Shown: positions 12,192 through 43,309, numbered from the stretch's first letter. The stretch is DNA of 64,000 nucleotides from Octopus vulgaris (GCA_951406725.2 OX597818.1:59830001-59894000); one strand, 5' to 3'. The notes: generated from the sequence alone by a model not told the origin. Numbers and translations are program-made.

Positions 12192-14225
12192 GATTGATTT
12201 TGATTTTGATTTTTCCAGTTTCAGCTAATGAGCTGTGGCCATGTTGGGGCACCGCCATTTGGTTTGCTACACGGTTTTACCTCACGGATGCTTTTTAGCA
12301 AACGCCATCTGATGCATGAGAGAGTTCGTTGCAGCTGCCCTCATCTGCACCTCCTGCCGTGAAGTTGGTTCATCCGGGACACCTGACAGGAAGAGATCCA
12401 GTCCTACTTTAAAGACATCCGCATCTACACCATGTAGGTCCCTCAGGTTCTTCGGGAGGATATTGAAGAGCCGTGGGCCTCTGAAGCCCAGGCTATCACA
12501 ATATCTTGTCCTACATCTTGATGGCAAATTTGGAGTCCTTGGTACTACACAGTGGCGTCCGGTTCTGGCATTTGTGTGACTCTCGATGCCAAAGTCTGGG
12601 ACAAGACCTTCCAGGATCTTCCAGATATATATTATGGCATATCTTTCTCGCCTACGCTCCAGGGAATAGAGCTTTAATCTCTTGAGTCTCTCCCAGTAGC
12701 TCGTATGCTGCACAGAGGCTATCTTCTTCGTGTAGCTTCGTTGGATCGCCTCAAGTTCTGTGATCAACTTGACACTGGATGGTGACCATAGCTGAGAGCA
12801 ATAGTCAAAGTGGCTTAGGACAAGTGTCTTCCAGAGGACCATCATGGTTTCTTGTTCTCTTGTTCTAAAGGTTCTAAGAATCCATCCAGCCACCCGCCTA
12901 CATTTCATTGTCAGTTTAGCAACATGTACATGAAAGGTCGCGTCATCACTCATGTGAATACCCAGGTCACGCACTGATTGTGCCTCTGGGATTGCAATCC
13001 TCCGGGTCCAGTGTATTCATTGGGTATTGCATTCAGTTTTGCATGCTGATAGTATAAAGCTTGAAACTTTCCGGCATTGAACTGCATGCTATTCTTTTTC
13101 AGCCCACTTGTATATTTCGTCCAGCTCACATTGCAGGTGCTTAGTGTCTTCAGGGTTCTGTATTGCCTGTGAAACGTTTGTATCATCTGCATAACTTGTG
13201 ATCGTGGCTCTCCGCGTGGCTGAGGGCATGTCTGAGAGGGCCATTATGAACAGTAGTGGTCCCAAATCAGTGCCCTGTGGAACACCGCTCACTATTTGCG
13301 TGCTAATGGAAGTGCTGCTACCACCTGACTGCTATTCTTCAGAAAGTCATGAAGCCATTCTCCTAGTTTTCCAACTATGCCAAGATCACGCAGTTTGTGA
13401 CATATCATTCCATGATCGACTTTATCGAAGGCCTTTGCGAAGTCGAGATATATGACTTCCACATTTGAGTGGTTGAGCAGTTGTTTCAGCACCCAGTCAT
13501 AGTGCTGCAGGAGCTGAGTTAAGCAGCTTCTTCCTGGTCGGAAACCATGTTGGGTGTCAGGCAGCAAGTCATTTTCTTCAAGGAAGGTGATTAGTTTCCT
13601 TCTGACTATTCGTTCCATGACCTTGCTGATGTGTGAGGTCAGAGAGATAGGTCTGTAGTTCTTGGCCTCCGCTCTGCTACCTCCTTTATGAATAGGGCAT
13701 ATTTTACCTTCCTTCAGTTTTCTTGGAAGTTTGCCAGCTGCAAGGAAGCTCTGAAAGAGGAACTGCAGTGGTCTTGCTAGGACTCTCTTACATACTTTTA
13801 GGAGGATTGCCGGGAATCCATCGGGGCCAATAGCTGAGTCTGTTTTCATTTCATCTATAGCCTTTATTACATCGTCTTCCTTTATATCGATGTAATTTAT
13901 CGTCGCCGCCTCTGATTCTATATCTGCAGTGGTAAAGAAGTCAGTTGGATTGCTGATTTGGAAATGCCCAAGGGGTGGAGTGAAAACACTCTTGAATTGT
14001 TCATTCAGTATTTCACTTACCCTCATTGGTTTTCCTGTGAGTGTGCCATCCTTTTCAAGGAGTGGCCCTATCCTACAGTGCACCGTAGCTGTTTCTTTGG
14101 CATACCTGTAGAAAGCTCTGGGGTTAGTTTTTATGTTGTCTATAGCTTGAGGCTTCTTTGTCTGCTCTTTCCTTCTCATGGGAGAGTTGCAGACAATTTT
14201 CAATTTCCAACAGTTTTATTTTCAG
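12192..14225 (-). mobile_element. 5'-truncated CR1-like non-LTR retrotransposon, RT domain, frameshifted
   Basis: GPDG, NYRPISLTS, QHGFRPGRSC, YLDFAKAFDKV, GVPQG, YADDT and YWERLKRLKLYSLERRR motifs are split over several ORFs. It has a short 3' UTR and a (CAAAAT)n tail. Confidence 0.93.
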
Positions 14226-14250
14226 GCGGGACTTTTCATATATATATATA

Positions 14251-14549
14251 ATTTAAAAGTAAGATAAAATCTTTATAAGAAGTTATCAAGTAGGTAGCGT
14301 GAAAAACCTCATAAGAGAAAAATCCACCAATTTTTTCACTGAAATATATTTATTTATATTACATAGAGGGCATTACTTTAAGAGTCGCTAGGAGGGACTC
14401 TTAAAGTCAAAAACTACCAAAATAAATAAATACGTCATACCGAATGCACCTCTCGAAGCAAGTCATTTATGTTTATTTATTTTGGTAGTTTTGACTTGAA
14501 GATTCCCTCCTTGCGTGTGACATTTATGTATAATAATGCCCTTTATATA
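14251..14549 (-). mobile_element. Decayed fold-back element with one-sided tail between (TA)n tracts (copy at ~38922-39219)
   Basis: Arm ~14361-14430 (gagggcatta...ggagggactc...gtcaaaaactaccaaaataaataaa) is an imperfect inverse of ~14482-14549. About 110 bp is unpaired on the left. Confidence 0.7.
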
Positions 14550-14609
<60 letters not shown>

Positions 14610-14659
14610 AAGAATTGAAATATAACGTTATGCTACTTCGTCAAAATTTCTGGTCCAGA

Positions 14660-14986
14660 TAATGCAATAATCTAGCGTTCAAAGGCCCACAGCTCTTCAA
14701 TGCCCTGTCAGAAAATGTAAGAAATCTGCACAAGGTGGAAATAGAAGTCTCCAAAAAGGAGCTAGACATCCTCCTCTCCACAATATTGGATTAACCCACA
14801 GCGCTACATGAGGTGCAGATGAGTGCAACGTAATCAAACTCACTTATTCACGCAATGGGGCAACAGTTGGTACAGAGGCGCATTCAGGAGTGGCGATGTG
14901 AAACACCCCAGACTGAGGAAATCAAAAGAACCACGGTGGTGCTCCAGTATGACTGCAACAGCATGGTTGAAGCGAGTAAAGGAGTA
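14660..14986 (+). mobile_element. Older CR1-like LINE 3' fragment (copy at ~39325-39650)
   Basis: Translates to AFKGPQLFNALSENVRNLH...ELDILLS...EVQM...SNSLIH, homologous to the LINE C-terminus. It ends in ggtggtgctccagtatgactgca. Confidence 0.8.
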
Positions 14987-15085
14987 TGTAAAATATATAA
15001 TATTGTAAACATAACCAGAAAGGCTTTGTAAATTATGGAGAGGAAACTACTATGGAAAACATATAGTATAATAATAACTGTATAC

Positions 15086-15138
<53 letters not shown>

Positions 15139-15589
15139 TGTATGTATGTATGCATATACGTATGAATGTGTGTGTGTCTATGTATGTTTGTGTGTCTTTG
15201 GGTTTGTCCCACGCTCACCGTTTGAAGATCGATGATGGTTTGTTTACGGCCTTGTAGCTTAGTGATTCGGCATAAGAGATGGTAGAATGAGTGCCAGACT
15301 TGAGATAACTAAGTACAGGGGGCAATTTTTCCGGATAAAATCCTTCAAGGCAGTGCCCCAGCATGGCCGCAGTCCAATGAATGAAATAAATCCTCTTTGA
15401 TCTTCTGGTCTCCCGACATCGACACAATTGTTACATAGGAGTAAGCCTGGTTGTGTGGGAAAGAAGCTTGCTTCCCAACAACATGGTTCCGTGTTCAGTT
15501 CCATTGTGTGGTACCTTGGGCAAGTGTCTTCTACTGTAGTATTGGGCCGACCAGTGCCTTGTGAGTGGATTTGGAATATATATACCTTT

Positions 15590-16125
<536 letters not shown>

Positions 16126-16388
16126 ATATATCAGTACACAAATGGTGTTTTAAGCTTGCGATAGTTGTTTCGGTTAAATTTTATTGAATTATTCATAGAT
16201 TACATCGTAGCATAGAATCCAACATCTTCAGGCCAAATTTTAAACGTGTATCGAGCAGGGGAGATAATTCCTTGATCGTAACGAATCCAGCCATCATTGT
16301 TGCTTGTTTTCGATTAAATCATTATCTCATTTATATTCTTATACATACCTATTTCTTTACTACCCACAAGGGGCTAAACAGAGAGGAG

Positions 16389-16488
16389 NNNNNNNNNNNN
16401 NNNNNNNNNNNNNNNNNNNNNNNNNNNNNNNNNNNNNNNNNNNNNNNNNNNNNNNNNNNNNNNNNNNNNNNNNNNNNNNNNNNNNNNN
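16389..16488. other. Assembly gap (100 N)
   Basis: Run of n, flanked on both sides by SINE B sequence. Confidence 0.99.
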
Positions 16489-16521
16489 TGCTAAAATTCG
16501 AAACCAATATTACTGATTTAG

Positions 16522-17128
16522 AGGGCGGCGAGCTGGCAGAATCGTTAGCACGCCGGGCTAAATGCTTAGCAGTATTTCACCTGTCTTTACGTTCTGAGTT
16601 CAAATTCCGCCGAAGTCGACTTTGTCTTTCATCCTTTCGGGATCGACGCCGGGCGAAATGCTTAACCTGTCTTTACGTTCTGAGTTCAAATTCCGCCGAA
16701 GTCGACTTTGTTTTTCATCCTTTCGGGATCGATAAATTAAGGACCAGTTTTGCACTTGGATCGATATAATCGATTTAATCCGTTTGTCTGTCCTTGTTTG
16801 TCCTCTCTGTGTTTATCCCCTTGTGAGTAGTAAAGAAATGGATATTTCGTCTGTCGCTACGTTCTGAGTTCAAATTCCACCGAGGTCGACTTTGCCTTTC
16901 ATCCTTTCAGGATCGATTAAATAAGTAATAGTTACGCACTGGGGTCGATATAATCAATTTAATCCTTTTTTCTGTCCTTGCTTGTCCTCTCTGTGTTTAG
17001 CCCCTTGTGGGTAGTAAAGAAATGGGTATTTCGTCTGCCGCTACGTTCTGAGTTCAAATTCCACCGAGGTCGACTTTGCCTTTCATCCTTTCGGAGTCGA
17101 TAAATTATGTACCATTTGCACACTGGGG
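16522..17128 (+). mobile_element. SINE family B tandem array
   Basis: gggcggcgagctggcagaatcgttagcacgccggg head, then repeated gttctgagttcaaattcc...gtcgactttg units. Confidence 0.88.
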
Positions 17129-17130
17129 GT

Positions 17131-17656
17131 CAGGTAAAATGATCTGACACATTTGTAGGTTAAATTGTTTTTCGTTTCTTTTTCAGTTGCTGCCATGAAT
17201 TGGACTGGTGAGCATCGCGCTTTCATTGTGGAAACGTTTATCAAAACAAACGATTCTGTAACTGCAACACAAACAGCGTTCCGTTTGCACTTCAATCTTG
17301 GTAGACATGATCCCGTACCAGCTCGAAACACGATCTTGTTATGGGTTACCAACTTCAGAGCTATTGGATCTGCATTGAAACGAAAATCAACCGGCCGACC
17401 TCGCACCGCCAAAACTTAAAGATGCAGTTCGTCAAGAAATTACTGCCATTCCTCATGAAATGACCCGCCGAGTTATTGACAACTTTCGTGAACGCCTTCG
17501 ACAGTCTGTGGACAATAATGGATCCGATTTGACTGATTTACTTTTTAAAACATAATGAAACAAAATGGCATTATATGTACTTTTCAAAAATAAAAACACT
17601 TTTTTGTTTCTTTACTTCATTTGCCTTTTATTTAACCTAAAAATGTGTCAGATCAT
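17131..17656 (+). mobile_element. Internally deleted Tc1/mariner-superfamily transposon (DUF4817-type HTH N-terminus fused to the extreme C-terminus)
   Basis: 27-bp inverted repeats at 17139-17165 and 17630-17656 with 1 mismatch. MNWTGEHRAFIVETFIK...GRPRT is followed by LKDAVRQEITAIPHEMTRRVIDNFRERL. Confidence 0.85.
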
Positions 17657-17887
17657 ATATATATACACGTATATATAGTCTAAATAATTATACTAATTCT
17701 ACTAATTCTACTAATTACTATTTCTGTATAAATTTTACCGACAATAAAAGATTGCTTACGCACATGGAAAAGGGCCACATACACACACAAACACACACGC
17801 ATATATAATATATACTCTTTTACTTATTTCAGTCATTTGATTGTGGCCATGCTGGAGCACCGCCTTTAGTCGAGCAAATCGACCTTA

Positions 17888-18500
17888 TTGTAACTTTCGA
17901 TGAAAAGTGGATTCTGTACAATAATAAGAAACGTTCTTTACAGTGGTTGGAGCAAAATGAAGCACCGAAATCCTTCCCTAAACCTGAGCTCTTCAAAACG
18001 AAGGTTATGGTGGATGCTTGGTGGTGTAAGGTTTGACTCATGTACTATAACTTCTTAAATCCCGGAAAAACCATTACTACAGAAACATTGCCATGAATGT
18101 GCCAACATGAACGAAAATCTGCTATTCCTTTGTCCCAGACTGGTCAACAGAAGAGGGCCAATCATTCCTCATGACAAAACTCGAACACACGTTTCACTAA
18201 TGATGCTCCAGAACTGAGGGAACTTGGTTATGAAGCTTTTCCCCACCCAGCTTATTACCCAGACCTTTTCCTATCGACTACCACTTTTTCAAGCATGTTG
18301 ATGGTTTCCTGAGAGAGAGGTTCAAAAATTAAATCGATGCTGAAAGTGCGTTCAAAGAGTTCATCAACGCCAGAACTCGGAATTTCAATTTACCGGAATA
18401 AACAAACATGTAATTCGTTGGCAAAATTGTATTGATTGTAATGATACTTTCTTTGATGAATAAAATTTCCGCATTGTTAATGAATTTCATGTTTCAAAAC
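17888..18500 (+). pseudogene. Mariner transposase relic (catalytic half)
   Basis: VTFDEKWILYNN...PKPEL..TKVMV..WW, PIIPHD and HPAYYPDL (variant of HPPYSPDL), with frameshifts. Confidence 0.88.
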
Positions 18501-18750
18501 GTTTTCAATAGTTTTGAGAGTCAAAACTTATTGAAATGGTTGCGAGACGCAACGAAAATTTTAGAAAAATAAAAAAAGAAAGAAGTGGAAATTTTACCGG
18601 TGTGTGTGTTAAATTATAAGGCACCAAAAGAGAATGACTCTCCCCAGACACAACAGAATATGCTTCAACACACGAACCCACATTAAAAATCTTGCAAAGG
18701 AAATCCCAAACCGAAATATATATATATACAAAAAAACCTAATCCCAAACC

Positions 18751-18789
<39 letters not shown>

Positions 18790-18861
18790 GGTACTTCACT
18801 AGCAGTGTATTGGATATATGTTATCCCATGGAGGGTTGCATTTACAACCCCTATCTTAATT

Positions 18862-18928
<67 letters not shown>

Positions 18929-19689
18929 GTATATATAATATATATACACACATTCAAACATACATACACATATACATACATGTAGGCACACACTAAAAAA
19001 TGCATGCAAATTTAAACAATTATCATATGATGTGGCAGATCTTTTATCAAGTCCTAGATCATATTCGAAGATTCCAAATCATTAATTCCTAATAGATATT
19101 TTCTCATTTCTTTCCTTTGGCTGTTTTTGCTTTCATTTTTATGTTTACTTATTTTATTTTTCAATTACATTCTTGTTTGTAAAAGAAAACCTAACAATCT
19201 GGTCAACAGATCTGGTATAATGCATTGTGATACACGTCTAAGTATATGCATTGTTTAGCATCAATGTTTATTTATGAAAACTTTTGCTGAATTCTCTTGT
19301 TTATTTATTGAATATTTATTATATTCATGTGAGTGTAAGTATGTATGTGTACTTGTATGTCTGCGTCTGTGTACGCATGAACGCCCATATGTGTAAAACT
19401 CTGATCGAGAACATTCTTTAATTATATTTAACATCAATTTATAACTTATAAATATATATAAGTGGCTGGTTTTCAAAGAGAAATAAAAGTTATTGTGAAT
19501 AGACGATGACAAAGGGGGAAACAGAACACAAACGGCCATCTACTTCAAATGACATTTTGTAAGATTTGAATAAGAACAGAGTCGAAGCCGAGAAAGGAGA
19601 ATATTTTGAAGGCAATTAATGAGAATGTCCGTTAATAAAAAGACAGCTTTGTTAAACTTTAACTAGGAAGGAGTTTCTTGTTAGAGATA

Positions 19690-19795
19690 CAACGGATTGC
19701 TCACAGTTGGAATGGTAATTATACACGTACGCACATATATGTACATATATATATGTGTGTGTGGGTTGGTGGGTGTTTAGGTGGGTGGATGTGGG

Positions 19796-19830
<35 letters not shown>

Positions 19831-20156
19831 GCGTGTGTGTGTTGTCGCTCTCATACGTATATGTATGCCTACATATGTGTATATAAACCAAATATATGTA
19901 AGCGTATATATATGTATATACATACATACAAACATAAAAATACATATATAATTATAGTCACAAACATATAAGATGTAAATATATATACATATATATGTAT
20001 AAGTATACATGCATATATATATATATACATATGTACATATACATATATATATATATACATATATATATGTATATATATGCATATATGTATATATATATAT
20101 ATATATATATGCATTATATGTATGTATATGTGTATATATGTATATATATATGCATG

Positions 20157-20189
<33 letters not shown>

Positions 20190-20204
20190 GTATATATGTG
20201 TATA

Positions 20205-20240
<36 letters not shown>

Positions 20241-20320
20241 TACACATATACATACATATACATGCATATATATATATATATATATATATAAGCATATTAG
20301 CATATATATATATATATACT
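19690..20320. repeat. Compound (TA)n/(TG)n/(CA)n microsatellite
   Basis: Directly visible. Confidence 0.95.
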
Positions 20321-20907
20321 TGTGACAGGTAATCCCACGTATAAAGCATCTACATCAAGCTTATTTTTTGTTTCGTCCTGAAGCTTTTTTCCTTTTCCTC
20401 TCATCAGTAACCATCTCCTCGTCATTTTATTGTTCAAACGAGTTGTTTACATTTTCATAATTGTTTATTTGTACGTATGTTCTTGTATGAAATAACTGCA
20501 AAGAATCTGACGTATTTGGCATTATACATTATAATTACTAATTTGTGAGAGAAAAAAAGGAAGTGATCAAAGTTACTGCTAGTTTGAAGTGACAATAAAA
20601 CAGAGTATTTAAAATGGAAATAACATGCAGCGAAGACTCGTTGCTCCGTGGTTAGCTTTCTGCACCTGCGATCTTACGATAGTGGTTTCGATTCAAATAC
20701 TAAAATGTGCTATGTGCTTTTCAATAAAACACTTCGTTTCACAGCGGAAGATTATAGTTAAAAAAAAAAAAACGTAAAATTTATTCGTGTTAATTCAGGT
20801 AACATTAAAAAGGGTTAAAGGTGTAATATAAATGAAAAATAACGACCGAGTTTATCTGACGTTCGATCAAGTCAGTAAGAAACATATAAAGAAACGTGTC
20901 CGTTAAA

Positions 20908-21613
20908 CATTGCCCTTGGTGAAATGTAACACAGCGCTACGTAGTTTCTCGCTCTGCTAAAAATCGCTGCCAAACCAGTTTCAGATCATATCCTTTTCTC
21001 TTAAAAACCCAAAACATTGCCCTTGGTGTGCTATTAAGTTAGACATGGCCTGGACCAATCTCTGGTCGAAACATATCTAAGTTTTATCTAAGTTTCTAAC
21101 CCAGCGCTACGTAGTTTCCTGCTCGGCTGAAAATCGCTGCCAAACCAGTTTCAGATCATATCCTATTCTCTTAAAAACCCAAAACATTGCCCTTGGTGAA
21201 ATGTAACACAGCGCTACGTAGTTTCTCGCTCTGCTAAAAATCGCTGCCAAACCAGTTTCAGATCATATCCTTTTCTCTTAAAAACCCAAAACATTGCCCT
21301 TGGTGAAATGTAACACAGCGCTACGTAGTTTCTCGCTCTGCTAAAAATCGCTGCCAAACCAGTTTCAGATCATATCCTTTTCTCTTAAAAACCCAAAACA
21401 TTGCCCTTGGTGAAACGTAACCCAGCGCTACGTAGTTTCCTGCTCTGCTAAAAATCGCTGCCAAACCAGTTTCAGATCATATCCTTTTCTCTTAAAAACC
21501 CAAAACATTGCCCTTGGTGAAACGTAACCCAGCGCTACGTAGTTTCTCGCTCTGCTAAAAATCGCTGCCAAACCAGTTTCAGATCATATCCTTTTCTCTT
21601 AAAAACCCAAAAC
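20908..21613 (+). repeat. Minisatellite, six 107-bp units (unit 2 is 63 bp longer)
   Basis: cattgcccttggtg starts at 20908, 21015, 21185, 21292, 21399 and 21506. Confidence 0.95.
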
Positions 21614-21834
21614 AGCAGTGAATGAGTTCAAACAATTGCAGTGAAGTTAGCCCTTCGACGGACTGGAGTTCCGTTCAAGAGCAGTGTTGTACGCTCAATC
21701 ACTTATGCACCATAGAAACCAGATTAGGTCTCGGCTTTATGAGTCCCGAGGCTCATAAGAGGCGGATGCTTATTTTTCAGTCCCTAATTTCAAAATTTGA
21801 ATAACATGCACACGTTCTTCCGGCAAGACTCTCT

Positions 21835-22221
21835 CTCTTTTACTCTTTTACTTGTTTCAGTCATTTGACTGCGGCCATGCTGGAGCACCGCCTTTAGTCG
21901 AGCAAATCGACCCCGGGACTTATTCTTTGTAAGCCCAGTACTTATTCTATCGGTCTCTTTTGCCGAACCGCTAAGTAACGGGGACGTAAATACACCAGCA
22001 TCGGTTGTCAAGCAATGCTAGGGGGACAAACACGGACACACAAACATATACACACACACACTTATATATATATATACATATATACGACAGGCTTCTTTCA
22101 GTTTCCGTCTACCAAATCCACTCACAAGGCATTGGTCGGCCCGGGGCTATAGCAGAAGACACTTGCCCAAGATGCCACGCAGTGGGACTGAACCCGGAAC
22201 CATGTGGTTGGTTAGCAAGCT
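21835..22221 (-). mobile_element. SINE family A, head truncated
   Basis: Near-consensus family A sequence. Confidence 0.92.
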
Positions 22222-22547
22222 GAATCTTTGTCAGTTTACATTGATTTTCTGTTCTCTTTCCAGATGGCGTTAATTCTCTCCCTAATTCGATTTCTTGTTA
22301 TGGTATAAAACTATTTTCGATGTGATTCCTTCGAGTCTTGACAGTAGTCACTTCTTATAAAACATTGCTCATTTGAGTATTGGCCTCCATGTTTTCTGTG
22401 AAGTGGGTGGAGGCATGGCAGGAGTGGAGTGCAAAGCATAACGTTTGAGAAGGTTTTATTCTGACCGTGGGTTGAAATAAATCACACATCGGCTATTCCT
22501 ACAAATATATTGGCTTTACAGAAAAATTCGCTAATTATTTCTATTTT

Positions 22548-22560
22548 CTGGTGGTGGTGG

Positions 22561-22591
<31 letters not shown>

Positions 22592-22675
22592 GCTGGTGCT
22601 GGAGATGCTGGTGGTGCTGGTGGTGCTGGTTGTGCTGGTGGTGCTGGTGATGGTGGTGGTGGTGGTGATGGTGGG
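22548..22675. repeat. (GGT/GCT)n trinucleotide tract
   Basis: Directly visible. Confidence 0.95.
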
Positions 22676-22976
22676 TCTTTATTTTCTTTTTCTTCCCTGG
22701 CTCTCCATTATCGGAAAAGAAATAAAATTTCTTCAAATTTCAAAAACAATAAATCAGAGTGATAGCAGAAGATTATAGTTTGAAAAAAAAAACGTAAAAT
22801 GTATTCGTGTTAATTCAGGTAACATTAAAAAGGGTTAAAGGTGTAATATAAATGAAAAATAACGACCGAGTTTATCTGACGTTCGAGCAAGTCAGTAAGA
22901 AACATATAAAGAAACGTGTCCGTTAAACATTTCCCTTGGTGAAATGTAACACAGCGCTACGTAGTTTCCCGCTCTG

Positions 22977-23361
22977 TGGAGGCGCAATGGCCCAGTGGTT
23001 AGGGCAGCGGACTCGCGGTCATAGGATCGCGGTTTCGATTCCCAGACCGGGCGTTGTGAGTGTTTATTGAGCGAAAACACCTAAAGCTCCACGAAGGCTC
23101 CGGCAGGGGATGGTGGTGATCCCTGCTGTACTCTTTCAGCACAACTTTCTCTCACTCTTACTTCCTGTTTCTGGTGTACCTGTATTTCAAAGGGCCGGCC
23201 TTGTCACTCTCTGTGTCACGCTGAATATCCCCGAGAACTACGTTAAGGGTTCACGTGTCTGTGGAGTGCTCAGCCACTTACACGTTAATTTCACGAGCAG
23301 GCTGTTCCGTTGATTCGGATCAACCGGAACCCTCGTCGTCGTAACCGACGGAGCGCTTCCA
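22977..23361 (+). mobile_element. SINE family C, full length, with 14-bp target-site duplication
   Basis: A box tggcccagtgg and B box gtttcgattc. TSD is agtttcccgctctg (22963-22976) / agtttctcgctctg (23362-23375). Confidence 0.93.
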
Positions 23362-23669
23362 AGTTTCTCGCTCTGCTAAAAATCGCTGCTAAACCAGTTT
23401 CAGATCATATCTTTTTCTCTTAAAAACCCCAAAACGGTGAACATTGTAGCTATAGATTCACTATATCTGAACAAAATACGTGATAGTCTCGTTTGGAACA
23501 TAGGTTTGATCAAGTAAGCTCTACGACAAAGTAGCTACTAGGATATATACAGATACACACACAAACACATATATTGTTATATTTTGCCATAGACATTTTT
23601 TTATGCCAATAAACACGCGCTCTATTTATTTCATCTTCATTTGAATTTTGTTATTTTGGTTTGGTTCAG

Positions 23670-23808
23670 GATCGGTCTTATTCCTGGTAGGATTTACCTG
23701 GGTAGGGGGTTACTACCTGTAACCTTAGATGTCCAAAAGTTTTTCAGCAGACTTTCAAAAGCTTAGAACCATCCTGATAGTCCTTGCTGTCCCTAAGAGA
23801 CAAATATG
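23670..23808 (-). mobile_element. 3' fragment of an R4/Dong-like restriction-endonuclease LINE abutting an (AAT/AAC)n tract
   Basis: Minus-strand ICLLGTARTIRMVLSF* resembles the LLGTA.I.R.VL C-terminal motif of this group. Confidence 0.6.
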
Positions 23809-23889
23809 ATTATTGTGTTTGTTGTTGTTGTTGTTATCATCAACATCATCATCTTCATCATCATCATTATTATTGTTGTTGTTATAATA

Positions 23890-23931
<42 letters not shown>

Positions 23932-24423
23932 GTTATTATTGTTGTTGTTTTTGTTGTTGTTGTTGTTAAACACGGACACAAATGAATGCGCACATGAGGA
24001 TACACACCTTAGAAGAACAGAATGGAGTAAGTGGAGCAAGAAGACACACGAAAATGTAATGTGACGCTGAAGAGGTCACAGATGTGTGACGTGTGTTTAT
24101 TTGGCAAAAAAAAAATAATAAATAAAAATGACCGTCCCGAAAAACAACAATATCGGTTTCAAAACACGCTTTCATATCAGGAATCTTGGAACACAAATTG
24201 ATAACCGTAAAATTTATGTTATATATTCAGATCTATACAAACCGACCCTGGAGAGAATTAAAGTCTAAAGAAAAATTTCGAAATAGCTTCAGTTATCGTT
24301 TGCAACACATGGATTACTTAAATAGCTCATATATCTTGGTGGTACTTTATATGACATTGTTATTGGAACCATATGATTTGTAGAGCTCATACATCGCTTC
24401 AAGAAATTTAATACATTTTTCCT

Positions 24424-41091
<16,668 letters not shown>

Positions 41092-42499
41092 ACAAACAAG
41101 GACAGACAAGCGGATTAAGTCGATTATATCGGCCCCAGTGCGTAACTGGTACTCAGCTTATCGAACCCGAGAGGATGAAAGGCAAAGTCGACCTCAGCGG
41201 AATTTGAACTCAGAACGTAACGGCAGACGAAATACGTATTTCTTTACTACCCACTAGAGACTAAACACAGAGGGGACAAACAAAGACAGACAAGCGGATT
41301 AAGTCGATTATATCGACCCCAGTGCCCAACTGGTACTTATTTAATCGACTCCGAAAAGATGAAAGGCAAAATCGACCTCGGCGGAAATTGAACTCAGAAC
41401 GTAACGGCAGACGAAATACCTATTTCTTTACAACCCACAAGAGGCTAAACACAGAGGGGACAAACAAGGACAGACAAGTGGATTAAGTCGATTATATCGA
41501 CCCCAGTGCGTAACTCGTACTTATTTAATCGACTCCGAAAGGATGAAAGACAAAGTCGACCTTGGCGGAATTTGAACTCAGAACGTAGCGGCAGAAGAAA
41601 TACTGCTAAGTATTTCGCCCGGCGTGCTAACGTTTCTGCCAGCTCGCCGCCTTCATCTTATACATACCTACGCCGCAACTAGACCCAACCCTACATCGGA
41701 TGTAAAGGTTCAGTACATCCATAGCAACAATATCCTACCAGCACCTCATACCTTAATTGTTGTGTTACCTCACTGTGAGCTCTATGTTAATGTACCTAGC
41801 CATTTCTGGCGTCCTACGTGTTTACGTGCTCAGATTCTATTGTATCCAATAACTAATCTGTGTGTGTGTCTGCGTGTGTATGTAAATGTATGTATAAAAG
41901 TCATCACAATATAGCTGTTAAAACGTAGTTTTAATTTCCCCATCTTACATAACTATAACAGGCATATCAAATTATACTTCGCTAATGTATTGTGCAATAT
42001 TGTAATATTGTTAATGATCTGTAATATCGTGTTATAATATATGGCAGGAAAATGTCTTTTAACGAAAAATAATTATTACAAAAAAATTGCTGATCATTTT
42101 GAACAGCAAAGCAAATTGTCCATTATTTTTCGAAACTTGACGTGATTAATACTGGAAATGCTAATAATAATTATTTTTTGTTATGTTTTTCAGCGATAAT
42201 TTTCCTCTAAAAACAAAAAAAATCGCAAAAGCATAATTGCAGAAGCAAGACATATTGACATGAAATAATTTTGATAGAAATTACAGGAGAGGAGAAAAAA
42301 AAATATTTGAAATATTGAATATTGTGAATTTTCTGGCACCGCTAGAGGGCTAATATTTTAAACACACTAGATCTATTATCCAGTCCATGTACACCTGTGT
42401 CAACAATGTTCGAAGTTATTTACTTAATAAATTGTTCAATATAGGGTGAACAGCGAGATTTGAAACGAATATGGCTGTTCACGTAGTATAGATCAATTT

Positions 42500-42885
42500 G
42501 GGGAGGCGCAATGGCCCAGTGGTTAGGGCAGCGGACTCGCGGTCGTAGGATCGCGGTTTCTCTATTCCCAGACTGGGCGTTGTGAGTGTTTATTGAGCGA
42601 AAACACCTAAAGCTCCACGAGGCTCCGGCAGGGGATGGTGCTGATCCCTGCTGTACTCTTTCACCACAACTTTCTCTCACTCTTACTTCCTGTTTCTGTT
42701 GTACCTGTATTTCAAAGGGCCGGCCTTGTCGCTCTCTGTGTCACGCTGAATATCCCCGAGAACTACGTTAAGGGTACACGTGTCTGTGGAGTGCTCAGCC
42801 ACTTACACGTTAATTTCACGAGCAGGCTGTTCCGTTGATTTGGATCAACCGGAACCCTCATCGTCGTAACCGACGGAGTGCTTCC
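42500..42885 (+). mobile_element. SINE family C, full length, with perfect 12-bp TSD
   Basis: atagatcaattt at 42488-42499 and 42886-42897. Confidence 0.95.
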
Positions 42886-43068
42886 ATAGATCAATTTATT
42901 ATCGGTTCGCAAATGTTAGCACGGATCAGCGAACAGAAGTCGATAACCGTTCCTCCCTAGGTAAAGCTTCACTGAATGAATATTTAAAATATCTGCTACA
43001 TCAATGCCTGTATACTCGGCCATAAATAGAACTGAGATCAGTGAACAAGTTTTATATTAAAAAAATAA

Positions 43069-43240
43069 GCGCAGGAGTGGCTGTGTAGTAAGTAGCTTGC
43101 TTACGAACCACAGGGTTACGGGTTCATTCCCACTGTGTATCACCTTGGGCAAGTGCCTTCTACTACAGCCTCAGGCCGATCAAAGCCTTGTAAGTGAATT
43201 TGGTAGACGGAAACTGAAAGAAGCACGTCGTATATATGTG

Positions 43241-43309
<69 letters not shown>

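Noticed and set aside
20908-21613. CRISPR-like regular repeat
   Set aside because: The units are contiguous with no unique spacers, there are no cas genes, and the context is eukaryotic.
22977-23055. tRNA gene
   Set aside because: It has A/B boxes but continues into a SINE body with a TSD, so it is a tRNA-derived SINE head.
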